The position numbers were made by a program, and so were the translations under genes. From an uncultured virus (IMG/VR IMGVR_UViG_3300042288_002474) (Duplodnaviria; Heunggongvirae; Uroviricota; Caudoviricetes): DNA of 64,000 nt. The DNA is taken from the IMG/VR virus record IMGVR_UViG_3300042288_002474; one strand, 5' to 3'. This document shows positions 19,369-29,100 of this stretch, piece by piece. The notes under the pieces are model-generated. The model saw only the letters and a program-made list of their open reading frames with translations, ran no database searches and had not been told where the DNA came from. Position 1 is the first letter of the stretch. The number at the start of each line of letters is the position of its first letter.

Positions 19369-21783
19369 GTGTCAGAGAAAAATGCAAGGTTAGAACTTAA
19401 GGATGGTGAAATTGCCGTAGGTCAAGCTACGCGATATTTTAATTTGGAAATTCTTCCCAACTTCTCAAAATCTTTAAATTTAAATAAGGATATGGAGGAA
19501 GAGGAGAGTGGGGAAGAAGTAGTAGGAAACTTAACCGCAAGTTTTGTTTTTTCTTCCGAATATCCAATCCTTAGATATGATTATTACTGGGAAGATGAGA
19601 GATATTACGAAGTTCTTTCCCATGAGCCAGGCTGTTGCAATACTCAAAGGGTTACAGAAGGTGTCTGCCCAATTCTTTGGAATCATAATTGGGATTTGCA
19701 ACGCGGCATAGTAATGGGGGTAAATTTCTCCCAAGGTAAGGCTATTTGCGATGTCCAGTACGACGACAACGCAGAGGGTAGAGACTTATATAACTTAGTC
19801 CAAAAGGGTACTCGTAAAGGTGTTTCGTTCATGTACCAAGTACAGGATGAATACACCGAACTTCCCAAGAAAGAAGCCGCCGCTCTTATTGAAAAATACG
19901 GACTCGCAGACAGGGGTTATTACCCAGTCAGGATAAGTAAAAATTGGGAAATATTTGAGATATCCCATGCAAGCGTACCTGCCGATCCGACGGTAGGAGT
20001 AGGCAAAAGCCTACAGCGCAATGGAAAAGATGAGCCTAAAATTATTCAAATTAAAGGTAAAAATATGCCTCCACTAACACCTTTAGAAGAAGTTAAATCT
20101 TCAACTCCCGACCCCGTTCCTGCGCTAGAGGAAAGGGAGATTGTAGCCGTAGCAGAGTTGAAGTCTCAAGGCTTAGATTTAGAAGCCGTTAGAAAATTAA
20201 TTCTTGAAACAGTAACTCCAGTTCGGGAAATGAATTTAGTTCTAGAACAAGAAAAATCTCAAGCCTTAGCAGAAAATTCAAGCTTAAAACAAGAATTAGA
20301 CCAAGAACGCGCCGAGAGATTAAAAGCCCAGCAATTAGCTGATACCCTTAAAGATATTTCGCAGTTAATTGGCCGCCCCGGATCTGAAGTCGTCCCCGCC
20401 GTTAAAAATACCCCAAAGTTTGCCATGCAAGGTTTAGCTAAAGAATTTATTGACTTATTTAACAGTTCCAAAGCCGAACCTACAGAAGTTCGCCACGATG
20501 GAATGGTTGCAGTCCAACGGAATCATAATGTTTTAGCTAGATTCATGCACGATCACTTCCGTGAAGAGCAAGCCACTAAGGGTTTGCGTAATTGGAAACA
20601 CTCTCCTTTGGTTAAAGAATTAGAAAATTACTTTAAATCTTCTGAGGGTGGCGGATTTCTTTCTGGTCGTGCGGCCGGGCCAACTATCGGATCGAGCGGC
20701 AGCATTGGCGCAATTTTCTTGGATGTTCTCTCAGCTTTAATGAGAGAAACTCACAACTCCAATAATATTTGGTGGCAGTTTGCTTCCACTATATATGACT
20801 CAACATCTGCGCCCAATAAATCCATCCTGATTCCTCGCGCTAATAATTTAGCCGATCCTACAGATGTTAACGACTTCCTGATCAGCACAACCGACACCTA
20901 TACCAGCATTAATTATTCTCGTGGTACTTCTACGGATTCTCAAGGCTTGGAAATTACCACAGTCCCATTAACTATTGCTCAATGGGGTCTAGGTTTGAGC
21001 ACAGGAGTAGGCAACCGCCCTGTATTTATTCCAGAATTTACTGAAGCTACGTCATTAATTGACTTAATGGCAGTGTTGGATAAAGTATTAATGCAGCACT
21101 ACTTCAAATTTGAAGATTTGATGGTGCGTAAGGAATACTTTAAGACAACTAAAGTTTATTACAACGATAAGGGTGAAGTAACGTCCGTTCCGGCTAACGT
21201 TGCCGCAACAGATGACGGTACTTTAACTGAAGACTTCCTGTCTTCTGTTTATTCCCAGCTTTACGCCGACCAATGGCCAACTTTGCCTAATAACAGTTAC
21301 ATTTTGACAGTTCCCCCTAAATCCTTAGACAATCTAAAGAAATCTTTAGGCAAGCTTTACTCTCCTGTAACTGAAGAACAACGCCAGAATATTTCTAACG
21401 TTCTCCGTGCGGCTTCTGGAATTGAAATCGGACAAAGCTCAGGTTACGTCGGTCAATATTGCGGCTTTGAAATTTTCTCAGGCAATACATGGGGTGTTGG
21501 TGCGCCAGGTGGATCTGATCCAACCGTAAACACAACTACTTTTGGCGCGGGCGCAACCGTTACTGAAGACTGTTTCGTATTTAGCTACGGTGCGGTCGGT
21601 CGCGGTATTGCATTACCAATGGAAGTTCGCGCTTCTGGTACAACTCCATTTAACATGGGAGAATCTTTTATCTGGATTAGCCGTGAACAAACTGGCGTTA
21701 TTGACTTGGATGCAGCTTTAGCTTCCCCAGCAGGACAACAAACCCGTTGCGCTAAATTAAGAGTTGCGCGTAGGGCTGTTTAA
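19369..21783 (+). CDS. Prohead protease-scaffold-major capsid fusion (HK97 type)
   Basis: N-terminal LWNHN, GVSFMY, EISHASVPAD protease motifs; coiled-coil linker; C-terminal capsid-sized domain. Confidence 0.85.
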   Translation: MSEKNARLELKDGEIAVGQATRYFNLEILPNFSKSLNLNKDMEEEESGEEVVGNLTASFVFSSEYPILRYDYYWEDERYYEVLSHEPGCCNTQRVTEGVCPILWNHNWDLQRGIVMGVNFSQGKAICDVQYDDNAEGRDLYNLVQKGTRKGVSFMYQVQDEYTELPKKEAAALIEKYGLADRGYYPVRISKNWEIFEISHASVPADPTVGVGKSLQRNGKDEPKIIQIKGKNMPPLTPLEEVKSSTPDPVPALEEREIVAVAELKSQGLDLEAVRKLILETVTPVREMNLVLEQEKSQALAENSSLKQELDQERAERLKAQQLADTLKDISQLIGRPGSEVVPAVKNTPKFAMQGLAKEFIDLFNSSKAEPTEVRHDGMVAVQRNHNVLARFMHDHFREEQATKGLRNWKHSPLVKELENYFKSSEGGGFLSGRAAGPTIGSSGSIGAIFLDVLSALMRETHNSNNIWWQFASTIYDSTSAPNKSILIPRANNLADPTDVNDFLISTTDTYTSINYSRGTSTDSQGLEITTVPLTIAQWGLGLSTGVGNRPVFIPEFTEATSLIDLMAVLDKVLMQHYFKFEDLMVRKEYFKTTKVYYNDKGEVTSVPANVAATDDGTLTEDFLSSVYSQLYADQWPTLPNNSYILTVPPKSLDNLKKSLGKLYSPVTEEQRQNISNVLRAASGIEIGQSSGYVGQYCGFEIFSGNTWGVGAPGGSDPTVNTTTFGAGATVTEDCFVFSYGAVGRGIALPMEVRASGTTPFNMGESFIWISREQTGVIDLDAALASPAGQQTRCAKLRVARRAV

Positions 21784-21788
21784 GTTTT

Positions 21789-21814
21789 TTACCCTTAACT
21801 TAAGTTAAGGGTAA
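21789..21814. terminator. Perfect palindrome / terminator after the capsid gene
   Basis: TTACCCTTAACTTAAGTTAAGGGTAA followed by CTTTT. Confidence 0.65.
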
Positions 21815-21846
21815 CTTTTAAGATTAAATTTAAGGAATTAATAAAA

Positions 21847-22092
21847 GTGCCAGAAGAAAACGAAAATATTCCGGTTGAGGAAACTAAAAAACCTCTAACC
21901 AAAACTAAAACGCCAGCGGTAGAAGCAAAAGTAATAAAAAAAGCAATGGGCGTTTATTCTACAGAATACTTCAAAAGAAACAAAATTCCCTACTGCCAAA
22001 ATTGTGGGGCGCAATACCAAACTAACCAGACAGGCGAACCTGTTTGTGCAGAAAATTTTTCCAAAGATAATTGCCCAAGGCTAGGAAATTAA
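21847..22092 (+). CDS. Small Cys-containing protein in the head module
   Basis: CQNC..C..C; AAGGA SD. Confidence 0.6.
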   Translation: MPEENENIPVEETKKPLTKTKTPAVEAKVIKKAMGVYSTEYFKRNKIPYCQNCGAQYQTNQTGEPVCAENFSKDNCPRLGN

Positions 22093-22097
22093 TTAAG

Positions 22098-22733
22098 ATG
22101 ATTTTAACCGTACAGGAATTGAGAAATTTTTCGCCATCGCTGTCCGTCCTTGGTAATCTAGAATTAGAAGGACTTATTTTGCGATCTCAATCTCTGTGCG
22201 AATCATCCTTGGGCGCAAATCGGGAATTGGTAATTAAGGATTATGTATTAGAAAGGGTTTTAGGTTTAAATAAAATAGCCTTAGTTTATGCACCCGTAAC
22301 AGCAATTAATTTAGTAGAAGTTAGGTATAATAATTTATTTGTTAGTTTTGGTGATATCCCAGTTAGCCAAAATTGGGAAGTTTTACCATCAGAAAATTAC
22401 TTTTTAATTGGAGATTGTTTAGAACTTAATAATTTTAACTATATAAATGCCAATATTATTAGAGGTATACGAAGGAGTCGTAGCAATAACGTAACTCAAG
22501 AAATAAGAATTACTTACAGCGCAGGTTTAAATTTTTCCGCAACTTCCCAATCCCAAGAGATATTAAAAATTAAATCTGTAATTGCAGCTATCGCAGAAGT
22601 TCTATATAGAGAGCAGAAGATAATTAAAGAAGAGAGTTCGCAGGGAGCGAAAATAGTCTACCAAGATTTTAATGATTTAAAACCATTTGCTAATCTTTTG
22701 CCGTTATTTTATAAATATAGACCTCGGACTTAA
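22098..22733 (+). CDS. Putative head-tail connector protein
   Basis: Position after capsid; IRITYSAG motif; probable ATG start at 22098. Confidence 0.55.
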   Translation: MILTVQELRNFSPSLSVLGNLELEGLILRSQSLCESSLGANRELVIKDYVLERVLGLNKIALVYAPVTAINLVEVRYNNLFVSFGDIPVSQNWEVLPSENYFLIGDCLELNNFNYINANIIRGIRRSRSNNVTQEIRITYSAGLNFSATSQSQEILKIKSVIAAIAEVLYREQKIIKEESSQGAKIVYQDFNDLKPFANLLPLFYKYRPRT

Positions 22734-22734
22734 G

Positions 22735-23139
22735 ATGTTAAATAACCCTAATTTAAAAATTAACTTACTCGCAGGTAATGGGAGCTTTACAGAAGATGAT
22801 TACGGCAACCCCATTGAGGAGAAAACTAATGTAGAAGTTTTTGCTAGGGTGGCGCAATCCAAAAACCCTATTCATTATCAAATGCCAGGTATCCAAATTA
22901 CTGATATTTTTCTTAATGGTAATATTTTAACTTTAAACAATAATAATATTTGGATGCCTTCAACTCTTCCTCTAGTTTTTGACTTAGAGATTGAGGCTAA
23001 CGCTGTCTTGGATTTAGGCGATAGAGAATATGTAGGTAAGTTTAAATTCTTACCCATAGTACAGCCTATTTTTTCGTCTTTAACTATGAGGTTTGGAGAG
23101 GTTATTTTTGGATATTTAAACCTTTCCCTGAGAAATTAA
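22735..23139 (+). CDS. Putative head closure protein
   Basis: DDYGNP motif and synteny; ATG at 22735. Confidence 0.5.
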   Translation: MLNNPNLKINLLAGNGSFTEDDYGNPIEEKTNVEVFARVAQSKNPIHYQMPGIQITDIFLNGNILTLNNNNIWMPSTLPLVFDLEIEANAVLDLGDREYVGKFKFLPIVQPIFSSLTMRFGEVIFGYLNLSLRN

Positions 23140-23166
23140 ATGTAATTTTTTATACCTTGTGATATA

Positions 23167-23583
23167 ATGGTAAAAACAAACGATTGGGAAAAACTTGTAA
23201 ATTTACCCAAATCTCAGGTAGCGACTTTTAAGTGGGACGTTGATTATGCAGCTAAACTGCATGAGGGATGGACTCTTAAGAGTGGTGAATCCGCACCAAC
23301 AAGGCCTTGGGTTTGGGTAACTGCCGATAGCTTTAATTTTAAGGAAGAATTTTCAAGAACAATTCTTAACTCTAGTAAAAGTAAGAGATTAGGGGATGCG
23401 ATTAAAAACTCTTTTTTTGAACTTAGTAGTAATTTCGGCAACGAGATGCAAGATTCCATAAAAAGTCCCATTTGGAACTGGCCACGATACACCCTTCGTA
23501 AAAGTGGTGACTTGGTGGGAAGTCCACGAGATATCGTAGATTTAGGCGGCTTAATTAACTCTTACTCCCTTACCGTTAGATAA
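23167..23583 (+). CDS. Putative tail completion/neck protein
   Basis: YAAKLHEG, RPW, PRDIVDLGGL..S motifs; synteny. Confidence 0.55.
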   Translation: MVKTNDWEKLVNLPKSQVATFKWDVDYAAKLHEGWTLKSGESAPTRPWVWVTADSFNFKEEFSRTILNSSKSKRLGDAIKNSFFELSSNFGNEMQDSIKSPIWNWPRYTLRKSGDLVGSPRDIVDLGGLINSYSLTVR

Positions 23584-23585
23584 AA

Positions 23586-23960
23586 ATGACCTCAAAAGAA
23601 CTAAGGACGGAACTTTTAAATTTGCTCACAGGACTTGTGGGGACATATAAAGGCGGAGTTCCTATTCCTAGTATTTGGGTATCCGGTAGCGGAGTAAATC
23701 CGCCATCTAGTAGTAACGGATTAGAGATTTTGATTAACCACATCCCATCTGGCGATCCTCGCTCATCTTCTGCTGGGATGAAATATCACCCTAGACTTTG
23801 GGAAATCACCCTTAAAAATTGGGCAGCAACGCCTAATTTAAGTTTAGCGGTAGAGAGGATTAGGAGGGCTTATGTAACTTCAAGATTTACGAATACCCCG
23901 GCAGATGAAAAGGTGATTGAACAGGCAAGAATTTATATTGCCGACAGGGTGATGATTTAA
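23586..23960 (+). CDS. Putative tail terminator protein
   Basis: Size and position directly before the major tail gene. Confidence 0.45.
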   Translation: MTSKELRTELLNLLTGLVGTYKGGVPIPSIWVSGSGVNPPSSSNGLEILINHIPSGDPRSSSAGMKYHPRLWEITLKNWAATPNLSLAVERIRRAYVTSRFTNTPADEKVIEQARIYIADRVMI

Positions 23961-23983
23961 TTTTTTTAAAGGAAAAAATAACT

Positions 23984-24697
23984 ATGCCTTTAGCTTACAA
24001 CACTACATCTTTAGAGGGTTTTAGTGCAGGAATCTTACTATTGCCCAAAGGCACAAGAACTGTAGTCGCAAGAACTCTTACGTCTACAGTAGCCGTCGCT
24101 GTTGGCGCGACCGTAATTACTTGTACTGCTTCTGTAGCGACAGACTTAAAAGCAGGTATGGCACTATCCTTCTTCAAGGATGGGGATAAAGCGCGAACTT
24201 ATGTCCTCATTTCGGAAGATGTGACCGTAGCGACTACAGCGACTGACATTCCCATCTTTAGTTCAAAATACGCGATCGCTACCGCAAGTACAGCAAGGAT
24301 TGTTGATGATTTGCTCCCCATGTACGGGATTCAAGAGTTCCCCTTGGCCGCTCAAACAACCACAGTGGACACAACCAATACTTTAAGTGGCACTGGAACT
24401 GAGAAAAAGGCCATCCGTAGCGATAGAACCATCCAATTCTCTGGCGTAGAAAACCATTACGATTCCCCAGTTGGCGGAGATCCTGCGCTACAGCTTATTA
24501 AGCAAACCCAAAGAAATGGCGGCTATTTTGGACGCGAATTGTATTTCTACGCTGTCTATCCAGACGGCGAAATTATTGAAGCGGCTATTTTAATTACGGA
24601 CTACAGCCAGCCCGGTAGTTACAACGAAGTTAAAAAGTATTCCTTTACCGCTCACTTGCAAGGGACTTCCTTTACTTGGGTCGACCCTTACTCATAA
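23984..24697 (+). CDS. Major tail tube protein
   Basis: Thr/Ala-rich; YPDGE..A.LITDYS, KYSFT..LQG pattern; upstream of chaperone and tape measure. Confidence 0.7.
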   Translation: MPLAYNTTSLEGFSAGILLLPKGTRTVVARTLTSTVAVAVGATVITCTASVATDLKAGMALSFFKDGDKARTYVLISEDVTVATTATDIPIFSSKYAIATASTARIVDDLLPMYGIQEFPLAAQTTTVDTTNTLSGTGTEKKAIRSDRTIQFSGVENHYDSPVGGDPALQLIKQTQRNGGYFGRELYFYAVYPDGEIIEAAILITDYSQPGSYNEVKKYSFTAHLQGTSFTWVDPYS

Positions 24698-24715
24698 TCA
24701 GGATACTAATTTTAA

Positions 24716-24946
24716 ATGAAAGTCCTTGCAGATATATCTAAAAACATTGTTGCGTTATTTAACTGCCGACTTAATTCTAGCGAGACAAAAATTTTATGTG
24801 GCGCGGCGTTTTTTAGGGGCGGATTATCTGGAGAACTTTCATTATTCTCAGAAACGGGGGAAGAATTTAAGATAAAAATTCCCCCAGAAGTTAAAGACAA
24901 CAACACAACCATAATTAACACAAACCTGGAGATAGAATTGTGCTAA
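24716..24946 (+). CDS. Hypothetical tail-module protein
   Basis: 76 aa, overlaps the next gene start. Confidence 0.55.
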   Translation: MKVLADISKNIVALFNCRLNSSETKILCGAAFFRGGLSGELSLFSETGEEFKIKIPPEVKDNNTTIINTNLEIELC

Positions 24947-25866
24947 AAGTAAAACCTTCCAATTCCAAGAAAAAAAAGGCAGAAATCGTCGCTGTCGGTA
25001 CAGAAAATCACGGCTATTTGTATTTGCAAAGATTGGGCTATGTAAAAGCCGGTGAGTCGTTACAAGTTAAAAAATATTCGGCTACTAAAAAACAAGTTAC
25101 TGGCGTAATTAATGCCGTAATTAAAGGTATTGCTAAGGATAAAGATATAAGCAGGGAAGAAGCTTCGGAATACATTTTTGGTAAGGAAGTTGACGGGACT
25201 AGAGTTTTTCCCAGTGATCAAGATACAGTATTAAGTGAGTACGAAGAAGAATTAAGCGAATTAAACAAGAATGAAGTTCCAACTTTAGAAATTTGGAATT
25301 TTGTCGCCAAAACCATCATGGGAGGTTTTTACGTCGAAGGTAATCCCGAACCCGTATTTGTTCCAGGACGACTCGCTTATCATGTAGAACTACTAGAAAG
25401 TGTCTTAATAAATAGTGAAAAAATTAAGATCGAAGAGTTAGGATACCCTCTTCCTGATGGGACAAATATTAAATTCGGTGATGTAATTCTGGTAGTTAAA
25501 GGAAATCACGATTCTGAAGTCCAGGACGTAGTGATTGAGAAATCTCCCGGAAAAATTAAAGACGGAGAACTTGGATTCTTGTACGATAATTTTGACCGCC
25601 AGTATGTCCTAGGTTGCGAGAATTTAAGCTTTGCTGACATTGCAGGACTTCCCCAAGAATTAATCCAAGCCGTCTTTGAGTTTTACCAATCCGAAAGCCT
25701 CAATATTATAGAAGATCCTGAAGGTGAAAAAAAAGCTCTAACTCCGCTGGAGGAAGTGAAGAAGATGAATACGGAAGTGGAAGCGGAGACGACATTGACT
25801 GGTACACCATCTACCTCCAGATCCAAAAGCACGGAATCCAAGACAGTAGATTTAGTAGCTGGGTAA
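24940..25866 (+). CDS. Tail assembly chaperone (gpG-like)
   Basis: Between major tail and tape measure genes; A8 slippery run at 25727-25734. Confidence 0.7.
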   Translation: MLKVKPSNSKKKKAEIVAVGTENHGYLYLQRLGYVKAGESLQVKKYSATKKQVTGVINAVIKGIAKDKDISREEASEYIFGKEVDGTRVFPSDQDTVLSEYEEELSELNKNEVPTLEIWNFVAKTIMGGFYVEGNPEPVFVPGRLAYHVELLESVLINSEKIKIEELGYPLPDGTNIKFGDVILVVKGNHDSEVQDVVIEKSPGKIKDGELGFLYDNFDRQYVLGCENLSFADIAGLPQELIQAVFEFYQSESLNIIEDPEGEKKALTPLEEVKKMNTEVEAETTLTGTPSTSRSKSTESKTVDLVAG

Positions 25867-26162
25867 ATTTCCTCCAACTTCCGCCTTTTGTAATTTTAGA
25901 CACCCTATCAAGACTGGAAAAAATTGATAGGGTCAAGTCTAACGAAAAAAGCTTTACTACTGCAAGGTTGGCGGAAGTGGTTTATGGGTTCTTGGGCGGT
26001 AAAAATATTTCGTGGACTGATTTTTTACCGTTCAAGAATGAAGTTAAAACCGACAAGGCGGGCATTAGTGAAGAAACAAAATCTTGTATTAAGTTTGCCT
26101 TTGAGAATAGTTTAGTTAGTCCTCAAGTTCTAGCCTCAATCAGTTTATTATTAGAAGAGTAA
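25734..26162 (+). CDS. -1 frameshift extension of the tail chaperone (gpGT-like)
   Basis: The -1 frame opens after TGA 25725-27 and runs SSNSAGGSEEDEY...LLLEE* to 26162, including ORF 25968-26162. Confidence 0.75.
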   Translation, partial: SSNSAGGSEEDEYGSGSGDDIDWYTIYLQIQKHGIQDSRFSSWVNFLQLPPFVILDTLSRLEKIDRVKSNEKSFTTARLAEVVYGFLGGKNISWTDFLPFKNEVKTDKAGISEETKSCIKFAFENSLVSPQVLASISLLLEE

Positions 26163-26167
26163 ATTAT

Positions 26168-29100
26168 ATGGAATTACCACAATTAGTTGTTGAGTTAGTT
26201 GGTGATTACTCCAAGCTAATGGAAGATATAAAAAAGGCTAGGGTCGAGGCTATTAAACAAGCTCAATTTCTAGAGAAAGATCTTAATTTAACCATAGGCG
26301 TTAATGATGACTCGCTAAAAAACCTTAATAAACATTTTGACTTAAAGGTAACTCACTTTAAGCAAACTCAAACTTATTTTAAAAACAATCCTTTAAAAGT
26401 TTTTGTTGATGACAGGGAATTAACTAACTTAAATAAGGAATTAGCGTCGCTAACCAAAGGTAGTAACGGCAGAGCTAGAGTGAGAGTAGATGTAGAAGTA
26501 AATAAAGAAAAAGCCAATTTAGTAATTAATAATAATAACAATTCTAGAGAAATAGTCGGACAATTAAAATCAGTAGAAAAAGCCGTAATGGATTCGGCTA
26601 AATTAAGTTTAGGTCGGTCTTTAGGAACAGGACTTACTGAGGAGTTTGGTAGAACGATTGGTAAAAATTTAATGTCTGGGTTTAAGAAAAACTTAGGATT
26701 AGATGTCGCTGGAGCTACTCAGTCTTTTACCCGCGCAGTGTCGAAACCTTTATCTAAGGTTACGCCAGAAAGTATTCAAAAATTTGAAGACGATATTGTT
26801 AGCGCACTGGAAGATGCGTTCGTATTTAAAAATCAAACTCAGGCGCAAGAGAAATTTAAAGCAGCGTTTCAGCCTATAGTTGACGAAATTCAAGAAATTG
26901 CATATACCGCAGCAGGACAAGTTCTTAAAGTTGGCGCACAACCCTTAAGAATTAGAAAAAGAGTATTACTCGCTCAATCCGCGCAAGATGCTGCAAAAAT
27001 GTCAGAAAATGTAAATGTCGCTGACAACGAAGATATAAAAAAAGCTAAATCAATTTCTTTAATTACTGGAGGTATTGACTTCCAGAAGGGTGGGCGAAAT
27101 ACTTTTTTTGCAGAGAACTTAGTCAAAAGGATTTTGCCGGGGTCTTATTCTGTTCCCGTTACTAACCCTTATTCAAATGATAAAAATAATTTAGGGCAGA
27201 TTTATCAGTTTAGGGCAGATCTAAGTGGTGGCACGGTGGTTGGCGCGGACGGAGTTGAAAGACCTGCATCTGAGCCTATGCCGTTTGATATGCTTTTACA
27301 TACTAACTTGGAGAAAGGATATAACCCGGATTCGGTAAAGATGGCCGCTGAAGCTATGGCTTACCGAAAAAAATATCCAGACAAACCCATTCAGTTAGCG
27401 GGGACAAGTGGTGGGTCTTACATAGTCGAGGAAGCGATCGCAATCCTAGAAAGGGCAGGAATAACGAACGTAAAGGGATTGGGATTGACAGCACCAGTAA
27501 ATAATTTAATGACTACGGCTAGTCAGAAAAATTACCAATCCTTAGTTGGAGAGTTCGATCCTTTAAACGTTGTTATGTTTGGCGGTAAAAATGTAGCGGA
27601 CAAAGAACATCCAGTGTATAAGGCAACTCTCAAGGTGATGTCTTATGGTATGCCGGGACTTATGGAGGAGTCCCCATTAATGTCTCTTATACCAGGAGCG
27701 GGGAAGGGTCACGCATTACTTCCCTTCCTAACCAAGCCTATGGTAAATGAACAAATACAGTCGTTTTTGGGAGACGCGATAGATCCCGTAAGTCCGTCTT
27801 TATCTAAAGGGATAAAGAGTGAGCCTAATTTACATTTTTTTAAATCTCAATTAGATGAGAAAGACAGTTTAGTTAGAACTCTTAAAGCTGTATTGGGTGA
27901 CGGCTCAACCTTAAGGCAAATTGAAAAAGCAGGATTTAACGGCGCGGAGGGTTATACTTTTGCAGTTCCTCAAAAACCAGAATGGAGAAGAGAATATGAC
28001 TTTTCTTCCATGATGGGAAATTTACCAAACGCGAGACAAATAGGTAAAGACATTAAACCAGAGTTTGATGAGTATACTGCTTTTTTAGAAGAAATGAGAG
28101 CAGGTATTGTTGAATTTTTAGATTCTGGAGCAAAGACTAAACAATCTCTAGCTAAAACATTAGAAAAAGCTGTTAAGTTTTATCCCGAATTAAAAACTTT
28201 ACAAACTAGAGTATTGGAAACTTTAGGAGAACAAGCTAGATTAACTGACTTAAATAAAAATCCCAAAAAAGACACTAGAACCGCTAGAGAAAAATACACT
28301 GACAACCAAAGACTTGCTAGAATAAATGCACAGTTTCCCCAAGGGCAAGAATATTTAAAAGATTTTAAGACTAGGGAGAAAGATGCAGATTTAAGCCCTG
28401 AAGCAAGGGTTGGACTAGAATCAGCTAGAAATATTGCAGCGCAATTTAACAAAAGTTTTGCAACTTTACAAACTTTAACTAAGTCTGGTAATTTAGATGA
28501 AGCCGCAAATATGGCGGCGACCATTAAGCAGATGGGAGTTAAAGCAAGAGAAGAGATTAAATTAATCACTAAAACTTTAGGTGAGAATAATAACGTTGGC
28601 TCGACAAGGTTGGGCAGTCAATTAGGACAAACTTTAAGTCAAATATCTAGCGTCCAAAATAAAACAGATAAAATAGTTAACGTTAATAAACTAAACTTAC
28701 CTAGCGTTGGGGAAAATGTAGGTGCGGGCATGACCGAAGGTTTGGATAGTTCCTTAAAAGATTTACGAGCATCTTCTGAAAAATTAGCAAATACAGTAAT
28801 AGATACCGTTGAGGAAAAATTAGAAATTAAATCTCCCTCAAGGTGGGGTATTAGAATTGGTAAATACGTAGGCGAAGGATTTACTAAGGGACTTGGGTTT
28901 TTAGAAGATTCTAGTATTATTGGCATATTTATAGAGCTAATGAACGATATTAAATCTGCTGTAGAAGATGGAGATATAACTTCTACTGCGGAAAACTTTA
29001 AAAATAAATTAAGCCGAGGCTTTAGTAAAGGATTAGGAAGTATCCCAGGATTTAAGGAAGCTAAGGAAAGATTTAAGGGTTATTTAGATTTCCTTAAGGA

